NCBI GenBank assembly: GCA_963675595.2
Contig: CAXXLZ010000002.1
Location: 1,888,001-1,952,000, forward strand
Source of the DNA: Thermodesulfobacteriota bacterium
Lineage (GTDB): Bacteria > Desulfobacterota > Desulfarculia > JACQYL01
Length of the DNA: 64,000 bases
Direction: 5' to 3'
This document shows positions 20,331-30,204 of this stretch, piece after piece. Every line of letters begins with the position of its first letter. Position 1 is the stretch's first letter. A program made the position numbers and the translations under genes. The notes beneath the pieces were generated by a model, which was given only the letters and a program-made list of their open reading frames with translations, had not been told where the DNA came from and ran no database searches.

Positions 20331-20849
20331 GCATTTGCTTGAACGGAGGCCGCAGCCGTTCAAAGGAAATAGTTCCAGAATATTCAAGGACATCATACCC
20401 ATATATTTGCAAAAGCAGATTTGTTCGCTTGAGACCATCCATGGCATGAAACGCACATGTTGCCCTGCCGATTATCCTCAGAAAGAACGTCGCCGGCGGT
20501 CTTCCTCCCCAATCCGAATCAATAGTGCCCTTTCAGGACAGCCCACCAGCGGTTTCGGAGTTCCTCTTCAGAAAGGATCCCGCATAGACACAATTCTTCG
20601 GTGGGGTAGCGGATGAGCGACAAGTGAGTCAGGTTCGACCGCGTACAAGAGCGGGAGGAGCGGCCAAGGTCCGGGCGAAGCAAGCTTGATGTCTCGATTA
20701 GAAGAACTATGGGACCTCGTTCAGGTCATGCGGCATTCAGAGGTTTGATTTGCCGCGTGCGACCTTCGCCGGGGCGGCTTGAACCCTCGAAGCACCTTCC
20801 ATTTATTGGGCCGTTCATGCGTCACAGCCGACCTTTGCTTTGCCTCCGA

Positions 20850-21629
20850 TCAATCCGATGACGTACCGCTCTGGAGCCGAGGAAGGCGCCGTCTGAACAT
20901 GTAAATCGCCCAACCAAGCGTGTCCCGCCCCCAACGCAGGTATGTTGCCCTGGCCTTCTCCACTCGCTCAACCACCTCCGCCAGGTCCGGATCGTCCGGA
21001 TGGGTGCTAGCGTACTCGGCCGTCGCGTACCATTGGAGGCCTTCGTAGGTGTCCCAGTCGTCGTTGCCGCTCACAATGGCGTAGACGAGGTCCAATCCTC
21101 GCCGCTCTCCGGCTTCCGCATTGGAGAAGTGGCTCCCGAAGTCCTCTCTCGCGACCCCGGATGCCTCCAGGTAGTCCTCGGACGGCTCCCGCAGCCAGTA
21201 GGGCTCTCCCACGATCACCCAGCCACCGGGTTTCACCATGCGGATCAGCGCTTCAAGAGTCTCGGCGTGCCCCCCGAATACCCAGCTCGCACCGATGCAT
21301 GACGCCAGGTCGAATTGGTGAGGCTCGTCCGGCCTGAAGTCCGCTCCATTCATCTGAATGAAGGTAATGCCCGCGGCAGATGCCCGCGCCTCAAGCCTTC
21401 TCTCTGCTTCGGCGACAAAAAAAGGAGAAATGTCGATCCCTGCACCACGAACGTCATAGGCTTCGGCCAGACGAACCAGGAACTCGCCCTTTCCACACGC
21501 AATGTCGACCACCTGCGCGTGGGTCGGGAGGCGCAGAAGGCCCACGAGACGCGCCAGTTTCTCCTCGCTCGTAGGATTGCATACCACATGTTCGCGGTGA
21601 GTGATGTCGTAGAACTTCCACGTGTCCAT
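20850..21629 (-). CDS. Class I SAM-dependent methyltransferase (YjhP-like)
   Basis: VVDIACGKGE motif I, GIDIS, CIGASWVFGG, KPGGWVIVGEPYW. Confidence 0.9.
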   Translation of the reverse strand: MDTWKFYDITHREHVVCNPTSEEKLARLVGLLRLPTHAQVVDIACGKGEFLVRLAEAYDVRGAGIDISPFFVAEAERRLEARASAAGITFIQMNGADFRPDEPHQFDLASCIGASWVFGGHAETLEALIRMVKPGGWVIVGEPYWLREPSEDYLEASGVAREDFGSHFSNAEAGERRGLDLVYAIVSGNDDWDTYEGLQWYATAEYASTHPDDPDLAEVVERVEKARATYLRWGRDTLGWAIYMFRRRLPRLQSGTSSD

Positions 21630-21763
21630 GATTCAGTCCTTCAGCGGCTTAACGAGTGATTATAGGGTTGGCGGGGCCATCTGCGGCAGGGTCGATTTGC
21701 TTCGTTTCCCTGAACTGTCCGGAGGGTTGTGCTGATTGGGAGAAGAATAGCATGAAGTCCAGT

Positions 21764-22078
21764 TCATGCGGCATCCAAAGGTCGAATCTGCAACAGTTCC
21801 TCGTGGAATTTTCTCTCGGAATCCCACAAATCCCGTGCTTGTTGCACGTTCAGCCAGAACTCGGGAGAATTGCCGAAAAGACGCGATAATCTAAGCGCCA
21901 TATTAGGCGTTACGCTGCGTCGTTCTCTCAGGATTTCGTTAATGGTTTGGCGCGATACTCCCAATGCCTCGGCCAACGCGGTCGCGTTCAAGCCGAAGTC
22001 CGGCATGAAATCTTCCTTAAGCACTTCGCCTGGATGAGTCGGGGGGAATTCTCTTTTCGTGGTGTTCGGTATCGCCAT
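21764..22078 (-). CDS. higA: HigA-family antitoxin (HTH-XRE)
   Basis: PTHPGEVLKEDF, LAEALGVSRQTINEI, MALRLSRLFGNSPEFWLNVQ. Confidence 0.95.
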   Translation of the reverse strand: MAIPNTTKREFPPTHPGEVLKEDFMPDFGLNATALAEALGVSRQTINEILRERRSVTPNMALRLSRLFGNSPEFWLNVQQARDLWDSERKFHEELLQIRPLDAA

Positions 22079-22091
22079 GATTCCATCCTCG

Positions 22092-22523
22092 ATGGTAGTC
22101 GGTCATTTCCACATCAGCAGACCGTTGAAAAACGCGATCTGCGGCGTTGCGCTTCATCCCTCGTCACTGCGACGTACTTCTATGTACGCCTCATTTCTTG
22201 GGATTTGCGCGCCTTGCATGTCATCGTTTTTCAACAATCTGCAATAATCCAACCTCTTCAACGGGCTGATAGGCGTCGCCTTCAATAAACCGGAAACAGA
22301 CCCGCCACTGGTCATTGATCGATATGGAGTATTGCCCTTCCCTGCCGCCTCTCAGCGCATGGAGGCGATTGCCGGGGGGAACCGCAAGATCATTCAGGTT
22401 GGCGGCATGATGGATATACTCCAAACGCCTGACGGCCCTTTTGATGAGTTCGGAAGGGAGCTTTCTCGATTTCCCCGTCACAAAGAGCCGTTGGGTTTCT
22501 TCATCGGCAAACGTCCTTATCAT
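22092..22523 (-). pseudogene. higB: HigB/RelE-family toxin interrupted by a 153-bp insertion just before its C-terminal DYH motif
   Basis: MIRTFADEETQRLF...PPGNRLHALRG.REGQYSISINDQWRVCFRFIEGDAY, then the insertion at 22116-22268, then DVEMTDYH in the same frame. The insertion carries a stop at 22221-22223. Confidence 0.88.
22116..22268. mobile_element. MITE-like insertion within higB
   Basis: Ends CAGACCGTTGAA...TTCAACGGGCTG; the internal part is a reverse copy of 1425-1550. Confidence 0.85.
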
Positions 22524-22530
22524 GACCAAC

Positions 22531-22559
22531 ACTGTAAATTGTCACGTGACAGTTGTCAA
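22531..22559 (-). promoter_or_regulatory. higBA promoter with an operator palindrome in the spacer
   Basis: Minus strand TTGACA-N17-TACAGT; the spacer contains perfect TGTCACGTGACA (22540-22551); ATG lies 7 nt after the -10 box, consistent with a leaderless transcript. Confidence 0.8.
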
Positions 22560-22591
22560 CACCCGGATTGAGGCGCTGTTTCAACAGCCTG

Positions 22592-22697
22592 CCCCATTTT
22601 TTCCGCGATTTCGGCCGACATTTCCGGAATGAGGATATTCCGAGGGCACTTCTCCATCCAGGACACGCACTCGACACGTTAGGCAGCAAACCCCGGA
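22592..22697 (-). pseudogene. Degraded fragment of an aldo-keto reductase Fe-S C-terminus
   Basis: Translates PGFAA*RVECVSWMEKCPRNILIPEMSAEIAEKMG versus PGYASQCVECGDCLEKCPQNIPIPEMLAQIAEEMEG in 24533-25735; cut off by an IS-end-like CAGGCTGTTGAAACAG. Confidence 0.7.
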
Positions 22698-22864
22698 ATC
22701 AAGGGGACATCCATGATTAGTTTTTTTATTGGGGAGGTTTTTCCCTTGACCGCAGGCCTTTTAATGGGTGACCTCTTTTCCATAGGCCTGACGGAAAACC
22801 TGGAAGGTATCCGACTCCCTCTCTTCCGGTCATCACCCTAATTTGATGCTATAGAGGCGCAATC

Positions 22865-24280
22865 ATGAATAAAGATGCGGCTTCCGGAAAACCGGAATCT
22901 ATCCTGATTAAAAATGCGAGGTTAATCGACGGATTGGGTACGGTTCATAACAATCTGCAGAATATTTACATTGAAAACGGCAAAATCGTTGATATCGGCC
23001 ACGGCATTTCCGTTGATAATGTATATACGATAGATGTTAACGGCGCCACCGTGATGCCCGGGTTGATAGATGCTCATGTGCACCTGCAAAGCGTTCCAGG
23101 GTCCGTATTTCGTAAGGACAACGATGAAACCCTTAAAAAATATCGTTATCACCAATTACGCGCGTATCTTGCTTGCGGCATAACAACCGTATTGGACAAT
23201 GCCGTCTCAGCTCCAATGCTGCGTGAATTTCAGGACTATTTATCCTCCGGCGGGGTCGGACCGCGCTTATATGCGCTGGCCCCCGCTTTTTATACTCCAA
23301 ACGGGTACTTGGATCACGATATGTTGACTTCCTATTGGGGACCTCAATGGAGGCCGGCAGCCACCCGGAAAGATGTTGAAGCATTGTTCGAGGAATACGA
23401 AGGGATACCGAATATCGTCGGCGTAAAGACGTTGCTTGAATCCGGTTTCGGCAAATCAAATATCTGGCCTATGCATTCACCTGAAATTCGTAAAATCATA
23501 GTCGATGAAGCCGGAAAACGAAACCTGCCTATCTATGTACATGCCTATAAGGAAAAAGAACAGGCTATCGGATTTGAAATGGGAGTTCATAATTTCGTGC
23601 ATTCCGGTTTTATGTTCAAGCAACCCAAGAATGACTTTTTGGAGCAAATGCGAATACATGGGACCTATTTAACGACAACGTTATCATGCACGTTTGATCA
23701 GATGCTTGTGAACTTTGAACTGGAACGACTTGACGATGAATACATGAAATTGACGGTCCCGGAAGAGCTTCTGAATACCGCAAGAAATCTTGAAGCGTGG
23801 AAAGACTATTACGATGTGTTTTTCAAAACTTCGTCGCCTAAGTGGATGCCCGCATTTGTGTTGAAGACAATTCTAAAACTGATGAACCCTGAAAAAATGA
23901 TCCGTTCCTGCTTGGCAAGCGCTTCCAATGCCGTGGCAACCATGCACAAGGCCGGGATTCCTATTGTTGTTGGCACGGATGCTTCGAGCTGGCCGGTGTT
24001 TCTTAATTTTTTCCATGGCCCCAGCACGATTCGCGAAATAGAACTTCTGGGCTATGCCGGTATTCCGCCCATGGATGTCATTTCTTCAGCCACCAGAATC
24101 CCGTCGGAAATGATGGGCCTTGAAAAGTCGATCGGCACTGTTGAGATCGGAAAACGAGCCGATTTAATCGTTGTTCAAGGCGATCCGCTTGAAGATTTAT
24201 CGGCGCTGAAATCCATATTGTGGACCATCAAGGATGGGGAAGCGCGTACTCCGGAGGGATGGATGACGAAAACCGCATAA
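22865..24280 (+). CDS. Metal-dependent amidohydrolase
   Basis: MPGLIDAHVH, GITTV, YVHA, VGTDA, GTVEIGKRADLIVV; AT-richer than its flanks. Confidence 0.92.
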   Translation: MNKDAASGKPESILIKNARLIDGLGTVHNNLQNIYIENGKIVDIGHGISVDNVYTIDVNGATVMPGLIDAHVHLQSVPGSVFRKDNDETLKKYRYHQLRAYLACGITTVLDNAVSAPMLREFQDYLSSGGVGPRLYALAPAFYTPNGYLDHDMLTSYWGPQWRPAATRKDVEALFEEYEGIPNIVGVKTLLESGFGKSNIWPMHSPEIRKIIVDEAGKRNLPIYVHAYKEKEQAIGFEMGVHNFVHSGFMFKQPKNDFLEQMRIHGTYLTTTLSCTFDQMLVNFELERLDDEYMKLTVPEELLNTARNLEAWKDYYDVFFKTSSPKWMPAFVLKTILKLMNPEKMIRSCLASASNAVATMHKAGIPIVVGTDASSWPVFLNFFHGPSTIREIELLGYAGIPPMDVISSATRIPSEMMGLEKSIGTVEIGKRADLIVVQGDPLEDLSALKSILWTIKDGEARTPEGWMTKTA

Positions 24281-24300
24281 TCGGGCACATTGATGGCAAT

Positions 24301-24387
24301 CATTCACGGGGGGAACTTTTAAAAAAGTTCCCCCCGTGCGCCCCCCTTGAAACGTTTCGAGTAGGCCTCACCGCCTTCGGCGGAGAG
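24301..24387 (-). repeat. REP-like double-hairpin repeat, copy B
   Basis: Reverse-complement homolog of 1307-1394 and 59634-59721; lies between convergent genes. Confidence 0.75.
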
Positions 24388-24532
24388 CCCGAGGGAGAAT
24401 GTGACCCTGTGACACTCGCCGATTGCCTACCCCTTGAACGCCTATCATTGATGATTTCGGTCTGAGCCGTTTCCGTATCCGTCCCTTCCCAGCGTATTTT
24501 TGCCGCGCGCTCGGCGGGGTCATTTATGGCCG

Positions 24533-25735
24533 TTACGCTTCTTTCTTGAGAATTCGCCGTGCCATGACCACCCGCTCCCGCAGACCCGGTCCCTCCATCT
24601 CTTCGGCGATTTGCGCCAACATTTCCGGAATGGGGATGTTCTGAGGACATTTCTCCAGGCAGTCGCCGCACTCGACACATTGGGAAGCGTACCCCGGTTT
24701 GCCGTCCGCCAGTTCGCCGCTCATTCTGAAGGCGTACCGAAACTTCACTTCTTCCCCGCCGCCGAACATGTGCAACCGGTTGTATTCCTCGAAACAGATG
24801 GGAATCATCACGTCGGAGGGGCACGGCACGCAGTATCCGCAGCCGGTACAGCCGACCTTCATCAGCTCCCGGTACTTGTTTCCCACTCGTGCCACCAGGT
24901 CCAGTTCCTCGTCCGTGAGGGCTCCGGCACGGGCCGTATCCGCCAGAGCGAGATTTTCCTCGATATGGCTTTCCTCGTTCATGCCGGAGAGAACCACGGT
25001 GACCTCCGGTTGATTCCAAACCCAGTGCAAGGCCCATTCCACCGGTGTACGGGACGTTTTCGCCTCGCTCCACAGCGTTTCCACCGCAGGCGGGGGCGTG
25101 GGCAAACCGAGATTGCCTCCGCGAAGAGGCTCCATGACCATCACGGCCATGTCTTTGGACGCGGCGTATTTCAGCCCTTCGGTACCCGCCTGGTATTCCG
25201 TGTCCAGGTAGTTGTACTGGATCAGGCAGCACACCCAAGGGTAGGCGTCCACGATCCGTTTGAAATCTTCCCGCAATCCGTGGAAGGAGAATCCCGCGTT
25301 GACGATCCGCCCGTCCGCCTTGGCTTTTTCAATGAAGTCGAGGACTCCCAGGTCGAACAGCATGCCCCACGAGCCTCCGGTGAGCGCGTGCAGGAGATAA
25401 TAGTCGATGCGGTCCGTACGCAGTTTCTTGAGTTGGGCCGCCAGGTAGCGGTCCATATCGTCGCGACTCTTGATCATCCAGGAAGGCAGCTTGGTAGCGA
25501 GCTTGACCTGGGCTCGATAACCGTCCAAGAGCGCTTTCCCGAGGACGTTTTCGCTTTCGCCTCCGTGGTAGGGCCAGGCCGTGTCCACGTAATTGACCCC
25601 CCGGTCCACGGCGGAACGAATCTGCCGGATCGCCCTCTCCTCATCGATCCCCCCATCCTTGAGGGGCAGCCTCATGCACCCGAAGCCCAGAGCGGACAGC
25701 TCATCGTTGTTTTTCGGCACTTTTCTGTATTGCAC
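24533..25735 (-). CDS. Aldo/keto reductase with a C-terminal 4Fe-4S dicluster domain
   Basis: LGFGCMRLP, VDTAWPY, LATKLP, IDYYLLH, MEPLRGG, CTGCGYCVPCP, CVECGDCLEKCP; GTG start after GGAGG. Confidence 0.93.
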   Translation of the reverse strand: MQYRKVPKNNDELSALGFGCMRLPLKDGGIDEERAIRQIRSAVDRGVNYVDTAWPYHGGESENVLGKALLDGYRAQVKLATKLPSWMIKSRDDMDRYLAAQLKKLRTDRIDYYLLHALTGGSWGMLFDLGVLDFIEKAKADGRIVNAGFSFHGLREDFKRIVDAYPWVCCLIQYNYLDTEYQAGTEGLKYAASKDMAVMVMEPLRGGNLGLPTPPPAVETLWSEAKTSRTPVEWALHWVWNQPEVTVVLSGMNEESHIEENLALADTARAGALTDEELDLVARVGNKYRELMKVGCTGCGYCVPCPSDVMIPICFEEYNRLHMFGGGEEVKFRYAFRMSGELADGKPGYASQCVECGDCLEKCPQNIPIPEMLAQIAEEMEGPGLRERVVMARRILKKEA

Positions 25736-26148
25736 GTTTTTCCTCCCTTGCCGTTTCCAAACGAACGAAAACGGTTGATTCCGCATTTTTCGTTATGAGG
25801 GGAACCTATAGAGGAGCCCTCGCCCCGTTCCGATTCAAAGCTCTTCACCAATGCCTTACCGCCTCGGCGGAGAGGAGAGAGAGAAAGTGGGCTTTTGCGA
25901 CAAGAACCTGCAAACCACGAGGTCAAGCAAAAGGCATCATAAGGACCCCGTGCATGCATACACTAAAAGATTCCCGACTTGGGTTGTCTACATCATAGAA
26001 TCCGACCGGGAAGACTCAATACACATTCCTGCCGAAGATTTGCCTATTCCTGTCGTCCACTGGAATTTCTTGGGGATTCGAGGCAAAATATCCCCTACGT
26101 TCCTTCAGGATTGAGAATTTTCCAACAGCGACACGGGAGTGCTGAGCC

Positions 26149-27060
26149 ATGAGACCAACGGAAGAGGCGGCAAACAGGATGCACTTGGCCCGACTCATCG
26201 AGCCTTTGGCGATGAAGGAGGGCATTTCTCCCTCTCCGGTGGAAGGGGTGCAACTCATGAGGAGGAACACTTCCTCGCCCCGGGCGCCCATTGTGTACGA
26301 ACCCAATATCATCATCGTGGCGCAGGGTAAAAAGCGGGTCTACCTGGGAGATCAGGTCCATGTGTACGATCCCTGCAACTATTTGGTGCTTTCCGTACCC
26401 CTGCCGCTGGAATGCGAAACAGAGGCCACCCCGGAAGAACCGCTGCTGGGCGTATCGGTGAAAGTGGATCCTGCTGTGTTGGGGGAATTGCTCATGGAGA
26501 CGGAGGATATCATGGACGTCTCCGCAACGGTTCCGAGCATCTATTCGACCCCGTTGACCGGCGAGTTGGCCGACGCGGCCCTCCGATTGTTGGAGTGCAT
26601 GCACTCCCGCATGGACAGCCGGATCCTCGGCGGACAAATCGTGCGTGAAATCACGTATCGCGTGTTATGCGGAGACCAGGGAGGAACGCTGCGCGCCTTG
26701 GGAGCCCGCCACGGTCACTTCAGCAGGATCGCCGGGATACTGAGGCGCATGCACGCGGAATACCGAGAAACCTTCGACGTGGAAAGCTTGGCCAAAGAAG
26801 TGAATATGAGCGTGTCCGCCTTCCACCACAATTTCAAGGCGATCACTTCCACTTCGCCCATGCAGTACCTCAAAAGCATCCGTCTGCACAAGGCGCGGAT
26901 GATGATGGTGCACGACGGGCTCAATGCGGGCACGGCGGCTTATGAGGTGGGATACGGCAGCGCCTCGCAGTTCAGCCGGGAATTCAAGCGGTTCTTCGGT
27001 GCCGGCCCGGCGGACGAGGCGGCCAAGATCAGGACGACGGCCGAGTCCGTGTCGGCCTGA
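26149..27060 (+). CDS. AraC-family regulator (YqhC-like N-terminal domain), divergent from the AKR gene
   Basis: YEP.IIIVAQGKK, MSVSAFHHNFKAITSTSPMQYLK, VGYGSASQFSREFKRFFG. Confidence 0.93.
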   Translation: MRPTEEAANRMHLARLIEPLAMKEGISPSPVEGVQLMRRNTSSPRAPIVYEPNIIIVAQGKKRVYLGDQVHVYDPCNYLVLSVPLPLECETEATPEEPLLGVSVKVDPAVLGELLMETEDIMDVSATVPSIYSTPLTGELADAALRLLECMHSRMDSRILGGQIVREITYRVLCGDQGGTLRALGARHGHFSRIAGILRRMHAEYRETFDVESLAKEVNMSVSAFHHNFKAITSTSPMQYLKSIRLHKARMMMVHDGLNAGTAAYEVGYGSASQFSREFKRFFGAGPADEAAKIRTTAESVSA

Positions 27061-27216
27061 TGACGGTGGTCGGCCGAGCATGCCTGTAACCTGCAAGGGC
27101 TATTAGGAGATCGAAGGAGACTTCCGTACGAACCCCTTGAATCGAACCCGCGTTTCGGGATAGAAGTTTTCCTGCTTCAAGATCGCTTTTTCGGACAATC
27201 GCCATAAGGAGTTCAC

Positions 27217-27795
27217 ATGCGTTCCACCGGGAGCCGACCACGCGGCTGGGTCCGCGCCATCACGCCGGCGGGCCTGATCATCGCCGTATTCCTTTCCCTG
27301 TCCGCCTCAACGGCCTTTGCGGGACGGCTGGATAAGTTCGCCGCTGAATTCGGGAAACACAAGAGCGTCATTCTCTCCCTGAGTGATCGTGCGTCCGAGC
27401 TCTCCAAGAACGGAGGTTTCTCGTCGGAGACCAACGACATTCTCACCTCCGGCGTGGTCAACGTGGCCAATCTCTACTGCATGTATCTCTCCGACCTGCT
27501 CATCATCATGGATCAACTGACGCAGTCCTGCCTGGGCGAATCCTCGACGCCCACCGGAGACTGCCGCTCCGCGTACAATCGTTACCTGGTCTTTCTCAGG
27601 GATAACCGTCTCCCCTTCATTTCGGAGCTCATGCTTCAGTACGACGACTACCTGTCCGTGACGACACGGCGTTTTCCGCAGGACTCGGAAGAACTCCTTC
27701 TTCTCAACGACGTTCGCGCGGCGGTGCGGGACATCGAGAGAAGCGTGGTCGACCTCAGGACGTATCTCATCAAGGTGCCGACACCGAAGGAATGA
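27217..27795 (+). CDS. Hypothetical exported helical protein
   Basis: AAGGAG RBS; signal-like N-terminus ending ASTAFA; 192 aa. Confidence 0.7.
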   Translation: MRSTGSRPRGWVRAITPAGLIIAVFLSLSASTAFAGRLDKFAAEFGKHKSVILSLSDRASELSKNGGFSSETNDILTSGVVNVANLYCMYLSDLLIIMDQLTQSCLGESSTPTGDCRSAYNRYLVFLRDNRLPFISELMLQYDDYLSVTTRRFPQDSEELLLLNDVRAAVRDIERSVVDLRTYLIKVPTPKE

Positions 27796-27865
27796 AAGAA
27801 AAAGGAGAACGCCGCGGGCGGGAAGGAAGGAAACACGGTCCGCTGAAACGTTCCGCCCCCCATAG

Positions 27866-28020
27866 CCCCGTTGCGCTTCTGCGAATCGCGTACGGGATTC
27901 GCAAAACAGGCGGCATGCGACATCCAACGCATTAAAATACCTGATGTTTTTGGGAAGGAGCCCGAGAGAACCCCTTTTTTCGAAAAGGGTCCCCTCGGAT
28001 GCCCCTCTGCATGCTCACCA
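27866..28020 (+). repeat. About 150-bp dispersed repeat with a REP-like palindrome, copy 2
   Basis: Aligns with 15278-15430 (CGAATCGCGTACGGGATTCGCAAAAC...GGAAGGAGCCCGAGAGAACCCC..AAGGGTCCCCTCGGAT..ATGCTCACC). Confidence 0.75.
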
Positions 28021-28247
28021 TCGTCTGGCTTACGTCCGAGTAGTCCACCGGAATCGGGACGCACTGATTCCCCGACTCCACACTTCATGGATCCTCCAAG
28101 TCTGCACACCTGAAGACCCTCACCCCCTCCCCTACCTTGACTGTGCGCCCATATCCCCGGTTCCCCTTCTCACGCGCTCTACAAAAACTGGATCCTCGTT
28201 TCGTTTCCGTAACTCGTGACCCCTTGAATTTACGGGATTTTCCCGTG

Positions 28248-28264
28248 CCGGCATCGGGATTGCT
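28248..28264 (+). promoter_or_regulatory. Putative sigma54 -24/-12 promoter
   Basis: CCGGCATCGGGATTGCT = GG-N10-GC with TTGC, about 210 nt upstream of 28475. Confidence 0.6.
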
Positions 28265-28474
28265 TATAGGAACGACGCACGCCGCTTTCCACGCCGTCCG
28301 CATCCGGGAGCGGTGTCGTAGGACCCGCGGGATTCCCCGCGGACGCTGAAACGTTCGTCTCTAGGAAGCGATTCGTTCGCGGGGGTCGAGCGCAAACGAT
28401 TTTCCCAGTTGTTGTCCCGAAGCAGGCCGACCGTTTGAGGAGCGGCCCGAGGGCCACGAAGGAGGGTATAGGGT

Positions 28475-29116
28475 ATGTTGTCGATGAAGAAGATGGTGGT
28501 CTGTGTGCCGGTTCTCCTGATGTTGTTCTGCCTCCCCGCTGCGAACGCCGAGGTCTGGATCGACGGCTGGCCGGGCGCCGAAGGCTATGATTCCACCGAA
28601 GGCCAAGGCCTGTTTTACGGAATTCTGGAGTATAGCGCCACGAGCGACACCGAGGCGCAATTGACCGTGACCCTGTTCAATTTCAGCGACCCCGCCAATG
28701 GCGGTTACATCACGGGCTTCGCTTTGAACAACCCGGGAGACCGCATTGAAGAAGTCTATGCGGCGGACGATTTCCCGGCCAATTTTCAGCTGCTCAATAC
28801 CAAAATGAAACCCGATGCCGTCAAGTGCGTGCCTTACGGGCTTTTCGATTTCGGCGCGGCTCTGGGAGGCAACTTCTTGGGCGGCGGCAGCCCCCTGGGC
28901 GGTATTCCCACCGGCGTAGAGGGCGCGACTCAGGTGTTTACGTTCATCCTGTTCGGTCACGACATGGATCAAATGAACGAGTGGTCCTTCGTGGCTGAGC
29001 TTTCCAAAGCCAAAGGCGGCGAAGGAACCTCCTTTTTCGTCGTGCGTTTCAAGGGATTCGAGGACGACAGCAGCGACAAGACCCTGGCGGGAATTTACTT
29101 CGGCTGGGGAGAGTAA
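28475..29116 (+). CDS. Secreted protein resembling PEP-CTERM passenger domains but lacking the sorting tail
   Basis: Signal peptide ending AANA; Gly/Asn-rich beta-type sequence (ANGGYITGFALNNP, FDFGAALGGNFLGGGSP, FVVRFKGF..SDK); no PEP/TM/basic tail. Confidence 0.7.
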   Translation: MLSMKKMVVCVPVLLMLFCLPAANAEVWIDGWPGAEGYDSTEGQGLFYGILEYSATSDTEAQLTVTLFNFSDPANGGYITGFALNNPGDRIEEVYAADDFPANFQLLNTKMKPDAVKCVPYGLFDFGAALGGNFLGGGSPLGGIPTGVEGATQVFTFILFGHDMDQMNEWSFVAELSKAKGGEGTSFFVVRFKGFEDDSSDKTLAGIYFGWGE

Positions 29117-29303
29117 TGCCGTGCCGGTTTCCGGCACTTGAACAAAACTCCGCTTAACCTCTAAACTCTCAATGGTTCGGCAAGAACCACCTCCACTCCC
29201 TCTTCAAATCCACGACCCGTGGATTCCAGACCCGAGGCCCGGCGCGACCGGGCCTCACTTTTTTTCCGGACAAGCCGCTTTCCCTGCATTCCCTTTCAGA
29301 ACA

Positions 29304-30200
29304 TTACCCCGACCGGCTTTTTCCCGTCAGGGCCTCGAACCCGGAAATCACGTCCATCAGTTCACCGGTGATCGCGCTTTGCCGCTGCACGTGGTAATCG
29401 TGTTGGAGCCCGTCCAACTGTTCCGAAATATTCTTTTCCGCGCGCTGCATGGAAGCCAGGCGGGCGGCGTTTTCACCGGCCAGAGACTCGGCCATGGTGC
29501 GGTATACGGTGACGAACAGAAGTTGACGGGCCAAGTGTCCGGGCAGGAGAGCCGGATCGCCGTAGTAGGCGGGAAGCATTCGGGTGGGCCACGGCCGGTC
29601 CCGAAGCCGTTTCAACCATCCCCAATCCAGGGGCAGCAACTGGGTGGACACCGGCTCGTACGCGGCGCCCGACTTCGGGCGATTGTGAAACAACAGGACC
29701 AGCTCCGCGTCCCGGTTTCGGCTCCATTCATCGATCTGTAGCAACAACTCGTTGGCCCCGGCGGTGATGCCGCTCACGGAAGTCGGGAGAGTGTCGGCAC
29801 GCGCCGCGTCCCGTCCTTTTCTCGCCATACTCGCCGCCGCGCGCGTTCCCATGCACCACACGGTCTCTTCGCGGGAGCCGGAGCCGACCCGGTCGAGTTC
29901 CTCCGCGGCGAGGGAAGCGACCACTTCGTTGAACCGACCGGCCATGCCGTAGTCCGCACCGAAAACTACAGCCAAAACGCGATGAGTCTTCTCACGGCCG
30001 TCCTTGTCCGACAGAAACCCAGGACTGTTTCGCAGCAGTACCTGGAAGCCCGCTTCAATGGTTCCATGATACTCGGAAAGGGAGTCCACCGCCTTCTGAT
30101 ATTGCCGGATACTCACCGCGGCCAACGCCTTCATGGTCTTCACCACCGATTGAAGCTGTTCGGTGGTGTCGATTCTTCGTTTGAGTTCCTCCAGGGGCAT
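29304..30200 (-). CDS. atpG: N-ATPase gamma subunit
   Basis: LQSVVKTMKALAA, ENAARLASMQRAEKNI, RQSAITGELMDVISG. Confidence 0.95.
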   Translation of the reverse strand: MPLEELKRRIDTTEQLQSVVKTMKALAAVSIRQYQKAVDSLSEYHGTIEAGFQVLLRNSPGFLSDKDGREKTHRVLAVVFGADYGMAGRFNEVVASLAAEELDRVGSGSREETVWCMGTRAAASMARKGRDAARADTLPTSVSGITAGANELLLQIDEWSRNRDAELVLLFHNRPKSGAAYEPVSTQLLPLDWGWLKRLRDRPWPTRMLPAYYGDPALLPGHLARQLLFVTVYRTMAESLAGENAARLASMQRAEKNISEQLDGLQHDYHVQRQSAITGELMDVISGFEALTGKSRSG

Positions 30201-30204
30201 GGGA

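Noticed and set aside
20400-20500. CVSCH heme-binding-like motif on the minus strand
   Set aside because: It lies in a short frame bounded by stops with no signal peptide; most likely chance.
20519-20725. Open minus-strand stretch ending ...EEELRNRWWAVLKGHY*
   Set aside because: No convincing start or RBS and no recognisable family; possibly a gene relic but unsupported.
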